This document shows, in pieces, positions 27,137 to 32,000 of a DNA stretch of 32,000 bases. The translations under genes were made by a program, and so were the position numbers. The stretch comes from Candidatus Stoquefichus sp. SB1 (GTDB lineage: Bacteria; Bacillota_I; Bacilli_A; Erysipelotrichales; Coprobacillaceae), in the NCBI RefSeq assembly GCF_001244545.1, contig NZ_LN852694.1, positions 619,747 through 651,746 of the forward strand, given 5' to 3'. Below the pieces are notes generated by a model. The model saw only the letters and a program-made list of their open reading frames with translations. It was not told the origin of the DNA and did no database searches. Numbering within the stretch: position 1 is the first letter of the stretch; every line of letters begins with the position of its first letter.

Positions 27137-28576
27137 ATGAAAAATATTATTCAAAAAATAACCAGAATGCCAATTATTTTGGGATTACAGATTATAGCAA
27201 GTTTTATGTTTATATTCTTTTTATTGAAGTTAGGTGCATTACCAATGTTGTATGCATGCATTCTTATCGCTATTATCTGTTTATTAGATATAGGATTATT
27301 CTTTTTAATGAAAAATGATCAAAGTGATTCAACCAAAACAATTGTTTCAAAGGTCATAAGCGTTGTTATAAGCGTACTTTTGTTAATTGGGTCTTTTTAT
27401 ATTGCTAAAGGAGATTCAACTCTCAATAGTATTTCTGGAGCTGATAAGGATACTTATACATACTCTGTGATTGTAAAGAAAGAAAGTAAAATAAAAGATG
27501 TTAAAGATTTAACTCAACAGAAAATAGCTATGAATATGCAAGAAGATATACAATATTTTACAAAAGCATTATCAGCTTTAAAGGAAGAAAATAATTCTTT
27601 TGAATCATTAGAGGTTAATGATTTTCACCAACTAGCAAAAGATTTATATGATAATCAATGTGATGCTATTTTTGTAAATGTTGCTTATCTAACAATGTTA
27701 GAAACAGATTATGAAAATTTTAATGAAGATACAAGAGTTGTATGGTCTTATTCTATTGATAAAAAATTAGAAGATTTTTCTAAAGATGTTGATGTTGTAT
27801 CAAAACCATTTGTTATATATATTAGTGGAATTGATACGTTTGGTAAAGTTTCAACAATTTCTCGAAGTGATGTGAATATGATTGTTACAATTAACCCAAA
27901 AACAAAACAAATTTTAATGACAAGTATTCCTAGAGATTATTATGTGACTTTAGATAATAAAGGTAAAAAGGATAAATTAACACATTCTGGATTAGCTGGA
28001 ATAGAAAATACTGTGAAAACAGTAGAAAAATTTATGGGTATTGATATTAATTATTATGCAAGAGTTAATTTTACATCATTGATTCAAATGGTAGATGCCC
28101 TAGGAGGTATTGAAGTTGAATCTATTGAAGATTTTTCTATAGGTCAATATCATTATTTTAAAGGAATGAATCAATTAAATGGTGATCAGGCGCTTTATTT
28201 TGCGAGAGCACGTTATACAGTTACTGGTGGCGATAATGGACGTGTTGCTAATCAACAAAGAGTTTTAACAGGAATGTTAAAGAAAATGATGTCACCTGCA
28301 ATTCTTACAAATTATACAGGAGTTTTAAATTCTATTGAAGGATGTTTTGAAACCAATATGCAATCTTCTGAGATCACGAGCCTTATTCAAATGCAACTTA
28401 ATGATATGGCTTCTTGGACATTTACAACAAAACAATTAATAGGAACAGGTGCAATGTTAACAGGGGGAGCCTATATACCAGGTAGAAAACTTTATTATAT
28501 GTTGCCTAATGAAACAAGTGTAAAAGAGAATAAGGCAGCTATTCAAAGTGTATTAGATGGAAAGTCTATTCAATAA
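27137..28576 (+). CDS. LytR-CpsA-Psr (LCP) family ligase, paralog 2
   Basis: Collinear with paralog 1 over the full length (roughly 60% identical by eye, e.g. ILMTSIPRDYYVTL.NKGKKDKLTHSGL.GIENTVKTVE.FM). SD AAAGGGGA precedes ATG 27137. Confidence 0.85.
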   Translation: MKNIIQKITRMPIILGLQIIASFMFIFFLLKLGALPMLYACILIAIICLLDIGLFFLMKNDQSDSTKTIVSKVISVVISVLLLIGSFYIAKGDSTLNSISGADKDTYTYSVIVKKESKIKDVKDLTQQKIAMNMQEDIQYFTKALSALKEENNSFESLEVNDFHQLAKDLYDNQCDAIFVNVAYLTMLETDYENFNEDTRVVWSYSIDKKLEDFSKDVDVVSKPFVIYISGIDTFGKVSTISRSDVNMIVTINPKTKQILMTSIPRDYYVTLDNKGKKDKLTHSGLAGIENTVKTVEKFMGIDINYYARVNFTSLIQMVDALGGIEVESIEDFSIGQYHYFKGMNQLNGDQALYFARARYTVTGGDNGRVANQQRVLTGMLKKMMSPAILTNYTGVLNSIEGCFETNMQSSEITSLIQMQLNDMASWTFTTKQLIGTGAMLTGGAYIPGRKLYYMLPNETSVKENKAAIQSVLDGKSIQ

Positions 28577-28698
28577 AATGGATAACTTTAAAACAAAGGG
28601 ACTGATTATTTTTTCTTAATGATAATTTATTTTCATTTCATTGTTGTCTATCAGTCTATTTGATATAATATTCACATATTATAAAGGAGTTGAATAAA

Positions 28699-29598
28699 TT
28701 GAAAAATGTAACGCTAGTCGTCATGGCAGCAGGTATCGGAAGCCGATTTGGTGGAGGAATCAAACAATTAGAACCAGTTGGACCAAGCGGAGAAATTATT
28801 ATGGATTATAGTATTCATGATGCTATTGAAGCAGGTTTTAATAAGGTTGTATTTGTCATTAGAAAAGATTTAGAAAAAGATTTTGATGAAATTATAGGAC
28901 AACGTATGAAAAAGAAAATTCACGTTGAATATGCTTATCAAGAATTAGACAATATTCCTGATCAATATAAAGAAAGATTCCAAGAACGTACAAAACCATG
29001 GGGAACTGGACAAGCTATTTTAGCTTGTAAAGATTTAATTGATGAACCATTTTTAGTTATTAATGCTGATGATTACTATGGAAAAGAAGCTTACATAGAA
29101 GCTTATAAGTATTTAACAGAAGTACATCCAAGCAGTATTTTACCAATTTGTATGGTTGGTTTTGTTTTAAAGAATACTTTAAGTGATAATGGTGGTGTGA
29201 CAAGAGGTGTCTGCCAGGTTGATGCTCATCAAAAACTAGTTGATATTGTAGAAACACATAATATTGAAAAGAAAAATGGAAAAGCAGTTGTAGGGGAACA
29301 AGAAATTGATTTAGATTCAGTTGTTTCTATGAATATGTGGGGACTATATCCAGAGTTCTTTGAAATTTTAGAAACAGAATTTGATGAGTTCTTAAATGCT
29401 TTAGATGCTTCAAATTTAAAAGCAGAATATCTTTTACCAACAATTATAGGTGATTTACTTCATCAAGGAAAAGTTTCTGTAGAAGTCTTAAAATCACATG
29501 ATGAATGGTTTGGTGTAACCTATAAAGAAGATAAAGATTTTGTAAAAGATAACATTCAATTATTAGTAGAAAAAGGAGTATATCCAAAACAATTATAA
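28699..29598 (+). CDS. Sugar-phosphate nucleotidyltransferase (NTP_transferase fold; substrate not assignable)
   Basis: N-terminal LVVMAAGIGSRFGGGIKQ (G-x-G-[ST]-R...K signature) and ..PWGTGQAIL..VINADDYYG. GGAG at 28686-28689 favours TTG 28699 (9-nt spacing) over TTG 28690. Confidence 0.75.
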   Translation: MKNVTLVVMAAGIGSRFGGGIKQLEPVGPSGEIIMDYSIHDAIEAGFNKVVFVIRKDLEKDFDEIIGQRMKKKIHVEYAYQELDNIPDQYKERFQERTKPWGTGQAILACKDLIDEPFLVINADDYYGKEAYIEAYKYLTEVHPSSILPICMVGFVLKNTLSDNGGVTRGVCQVDAHQKLVDIVETHNIEKKNGKAVVGEQEIDLDSVVSMNMWGLYPEFFEILETEFDEFLNALDASNLKAEYLLPTIIGDLLHQGKVSVEVLKSHDEWFGVTYKEDKDFVKDNIQLLVEKGVYPKQL

Positions 29599-29740
29599 AT
29601 AAAGTGTTTATTATCATTAAAAACATGATAAATTCAATAAAATCTATTTTCATTTATTAAAAAATATGATAAACTCATATTACAAAATTTATTGAAAAAT
29701 AAGTTTTGATAATATCATTGAGTGGTTTGTAATGCTAACA

Positions 29741-29779
29741 AAGAGGAAGAAGTCTATATGACTTCTTCCTCTTTTATTT
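29741..29779 (+). terminator. Rho-independent terminator
   Basis: AAGAGGAAGAAGTC-TATAT-GACTTCTTCCTCTT is a 14-bp perfect GC-containing stem followed by TTATTT. Confidence 0.8.
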
Positions 29780-29783
29780 AAGC

Positions 29784-29825
29784 GAAAAAGCTAAACGATG
29801 CATCTAGCATACATTTAGCTTTTTC
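29784..29825. repeat. Second hairpin (GAAAAAGCTAAA-18 nt-TTTAGCTTTTTC)
   Basis: 12-bp perfect arms. It may be a back-up or bidirectional terminator. Confidence 0.5.
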
Positions 29826-30140
29826 TTATCCTGCGACAAGATTTTTAAATCGATTTAATCTGTCATATATTCCTTGCTATAAGAAGCCAGGTCCATTTAG
29901 GCTAAGTCACAACAAGAAATATATCTTCCATATACCAACATGTTTGCTGATGAGAAAAATCCCTTTCGTATTTTTTATTTTTTTGAGTTCATTTTCTTTA
30001 TTTAAGAGTGTATTTGTTGATATATGGGTCATATCTTTAAAGACAAGTCAATTATAATATGTATTTAGACAAAATGGAACCATTACTCACAAAACAAGCA
30101 ATATTATCATGAATTCATGACGGATTCGTCAAAAAAATAT

Positions 30141-30183
30141 GACATAAAAAGTTGCAACATGTATTGTTACAACTTTTTATGTC
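30141..30183 (-). terminator. Rho-independent terminator of the XRE gene
   Basis: 18 paired positions with one mismatch (GACATAAAAAGTTGCAACA / TGTTACAACTTTTTATGTC) and a 5-nt loop. It lies immediately after the minus-strand stop and is followed on that strand by ATATTTTTTT. Confidence 0.8.
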
Positions 30184-30184
30184 G

Positions 30185-30442
30185 CTATTTGTCTTTTGTC
30201 TTTTCCATTAAAGATTTGATATCACCAAAATATGCATTCTTTTCATCAACATTTTCACAAATATAGTCTAAAGATGCATTATAGAAACGTGAAAAGCGAA
30301 TAAGTTTTCCTAAAGAAGGAGTTCTTTGATTAGATTCATATTGTGAAACAATGGGTTTAGACATTTTCAATGTTTCAGCAACTTGTTTCTGTGATAATCC
30401 AGCTTCAACTCTCAATATTCTTAATCTTTCTCCAATACTCAT
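30185..30442 (-). CDS. XRE-family helix-turn-helix transcriptional regulator (85 aa)
   Basis: MSIGERLRILRVEAGLSQKQVAETLKMSKPIVSQYESNQRTPSLGKLIRFSRFYNASLDYI is a classic HTH_3/Cro-C1 motif. SD AGGTGGTGA precedes ATG 30442. The longer ORF-track start at 30559 has no SD. Confidence 0.85.
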   Translation of the reverse strand: MSIGERLRILRVEAGLSQKQVAETLKMSKPIVSQYESNQRTPSLGKLIRFSRFYNASLDYICENVDEKNAYFGDIKSLMEKTKDK

Positions 30443-30662
30443 AATTTCACCACCTTGGTGAATATTATACACTAATCTTATTTGCATTAGGGAATTTTCT
30501 TGCATTTTGCAAATGAATTTATAATTCTCTTTTGCAGAAATAATGACAAAATTTAACAAAAATTCTAAAAATACCCTAAAATGGGAGAAAAGTGTAATGA
30601 CGCGGAGAGAATAATTCGATACAATAAATAATGCGTTAGTTCATAAAAGAAGGGGAGGTTTT

Positions 30663-31397
30663 ATGATGAACATAGCGGTTTGTGATGATCAAAGGGATTA
30701 TCTCAATTTAATTCAAAAAAAGATTATTGAATGTTTTCATGAAAAAGAAATCGAATTACAAGTCTACGCATATGCAAGTATAGACGAATTCATAGATAGT
30801 GTAGAAAAACATTCATATCAGTTTGCATTTATTGAAATGAAAATAGAGAATGGAAAGGGAATCGAAGCAGCACAGAGATTGAAAAAAGTGAATCCAGCAT
30901 GTCAAGTTGTCTTTATCAGTGATCAATATAGAAGAGTTACTGAAGCATTTCAAGTTAGAGCTAGAGAATATCTTCTTAAACCAATTAGTACTGATAAATT
31001 TAAAGATGTATTTGAATACTTGATGGATTGGTATTTAGAACAAAATATTAAATTTGTTGTTCCAATTAGAGAAATAGGACGAAAACGCATATTTACAGTC
31101 GATGAAATTAAATATTTCGAAACATATTATAATGATTTAGAAATAGTAACTATTTATGATGAACATTTTATGACACATGTCAAAAACAGATATAAACTTA
31201 GACCAGCACTTAAATCAAGATGGTTTATGCAAGTCAACCAAAGTGTTCTTGTAAATATGAAATGTATAGACTTTTTAACAGATAGAAATGTTATTTTAAA
31301 AACAAGAGAAGTTTTTCCAACGAGTCGAACATCACTGATAAAAAATCATTTATTATATGATGAATTTCTAAGATATATAAATAAGAAAAAGAAATAG
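30663..31397 (+). CDS. LytTR-family response regulator with a non-canonical receiver (Glu at the phospho-acceptor position)
   Basis: REC-like N-terminus (MMNIAVCDDQ..., ..VVFISDQ.., ..YLLKP) plus a LytTR C-terminal domain (..IFTVDEIKYFETYYNDLEIVT...WFMQVNQSVLVNMKCI). SD AAGGGGAGG. The acceptor site reads FAFIEMKI where the neighbouring paralog has IYLDIEL. Confidence 0.8.
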   Translation: MMNIAVCDDQRDYLNLIQKKIIECFHEKEIELQVYAYASIDEFIDSVEKHSYQFAFIEMKIENGKGIEAAQRLKKVNPACQVVFISDQYRRVTEAFQVRAREYLLKPISTDKFKDVFEYLMDWYLEQNIKFVVPIREIGRKRIFTVDEIKYFETYYNDLEIVTIYDEHFMTHVKNRYKLRPALKSRWFMQVNQSVLVNMKCIDFLTDRNVILKTREVFPTSRTSLIKNHLLYDEFLRYINKKKK

Positions 31398-31410
31398 GAA
31401 GGTAAAAAAT

Positions 31411-32000
31411 ATGAAGATTGCAATTTGTGACGATGAAGAATACTATTTAAAAGACATATCTTCACGTATTCATAATTTAGAAAATATATATCAAGATGAG
31501 GTATCACTATATGTAGATACTTTTCAAAATGGTATAGATTTATTAGAATCATTTCAAATAAAAAGATATGATTTAATATATCTTGATATTGAACTTAATG
31601 ATGTAAATGGAGTTAATCTTGCTAAAAAGATTCATGATATTAAACCTAACTGTATGATTATTTTTGTAACAAGTCATATGAGTTATTTTAATCAATCATA
31701 CATAGTTAATGCATTTCAATATATGAAGAAGCCACTGAAAGATAAACTATTTACAAACGAATTAAAACGTGCAGTAAAGAAATATCAATTTTATCAAAAA
31801 ACATTTGTATTTCCTACAAGTGTAGGAAATACAGTTATTAATGTCCATGATATTATCTTTTTAGAAACATTTTATAAAAGATATAAACTATATACAACAA
31901 AAGGTGTTTACTATGGTTCATTGAAACCAATATTAAGTTATCGAGAAGAATTATTAGAATATCATTTCTTTCAAATTCAAAGAAGTTTTACAGTGAATCT
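31411..32000 (+). CDS. LytTR-family response regulator, canonical receiver, 3' end outside the window
   Basis: Not in the ORF track because it runs off the window. ATG 31411 follows SD AGGAAGG. Sequence: MKIAICDDEEYYL...YDLIYLDIELNDVNGVNLAKKI..IIFVTSH...YMKKP...VINVHDIIFLETFYKRYKLYT...FFQIQRSFTVN. Confidence 0.8.
   Translation, partial: MKIAICDDEEYYLKDISSRIHNLENIYQDEVSLYVDTFQNGIDLLESFQIKRYDLIYLDIELNDVNGVNLAKKIHDIKPNCMIIFVTSHMSYFNQSYIVNAFQYMKKPLKDKLFTNELKRAVKKYQFYQKTFVFPTSVGNTVINVHDIIFLETFYKRYKLYTTKGVYYGSLKPILSYREELLEYHFFQIQRSFTVN

Noticed and set aside
26294-27318. ORFs 26294-26494(-) and 26992-27318(+)
   Set aside because: The first is probably the leader or N-terminal edge of the dead ISL3 element. 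The second overlaps the real LCP-2 start out of frame and is extremely AT-biased. Neither has an SD or any motif.
1-32000. CRISPR arrays, tRNA/rRNA genes, toxin-antitoxin pairs or recognisable defence-system genes
   Set aside because: I saw no regularly spaced direct repeats, no cloverleaf-capable GC-rich islands and no ORFs with nuclease, ATPase or methylase hallmarks. The only repeats are the IS-derived segments and the four-copy 16-nt motif.

Overview
AT-rich segment of a low-GC Gram-positive (Bacillota-like) chromosome; the taxon is inferred from composition and gene content only. It carries a Wzx/Wzy-dependent cell-surface polysaccharide locus that is heavily invaded by mobile-element insertions and debris.

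Biosynthetic genes:
- 3' end of rfbD/rmlD (2-280).
- An isolated membrane O-acyltransferase (1276-2301).
- A tightly coupled seven-gene block of five GT2 glycosyltransferases plus Wzy and Wzx (9207-16845).
- A DegT-type sugar aminotransferase (17450-18559).
- A hexapeptide-repeat acetyltransferase, the only biosynthetic gene on the minus strand (19495-20049).
- A WbaP-like initiating phosphoglycosyl transferase (21023-22333).
- Two paralogous LCP (LytR-CpsA-Psr) ligases (22674-24134 and 27137-28576).
- A sugar-phosphate nucleotidyltransferase (28699-29598).

Regulators at the 3' end: a divergent XRE regulator and two tandem LytTR response regulators. The first of these has Glu at the phospho-acceptor position.

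Mobile DNA:
- A truncated IS110 transposase.
- A nearly intact IS3/IS150-type element with an A AAA AAA frameshift site. It is nested inside the end of an ISL3-like remnant, and an uninterrupted copy of that target at about 18.9 kb serves as an empty site.
- A three-tyrosine-recombinase (RIT-type) element with palindromic ends. Two of its three genes are frame-broken.
- A group II intron reverse-transcriptase fragment.
- An IS1182/IS5-like pseudogene.
- An internally deleted ISL3-like remnant.
- A heavily decayed ISL3 transposase that separates the two LCP genes.

A 16-nt motif, TAATCYAAAATAACTT, recurs four times downstream of plus-strand genes. I saw no rRNA, tRNA or CRISPR array. I found nothing I can defend as a wholly new system. 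The most unusual items are the RIT element, the nested-IS natural experiment, the recurrent motif and the atypical response regulator.
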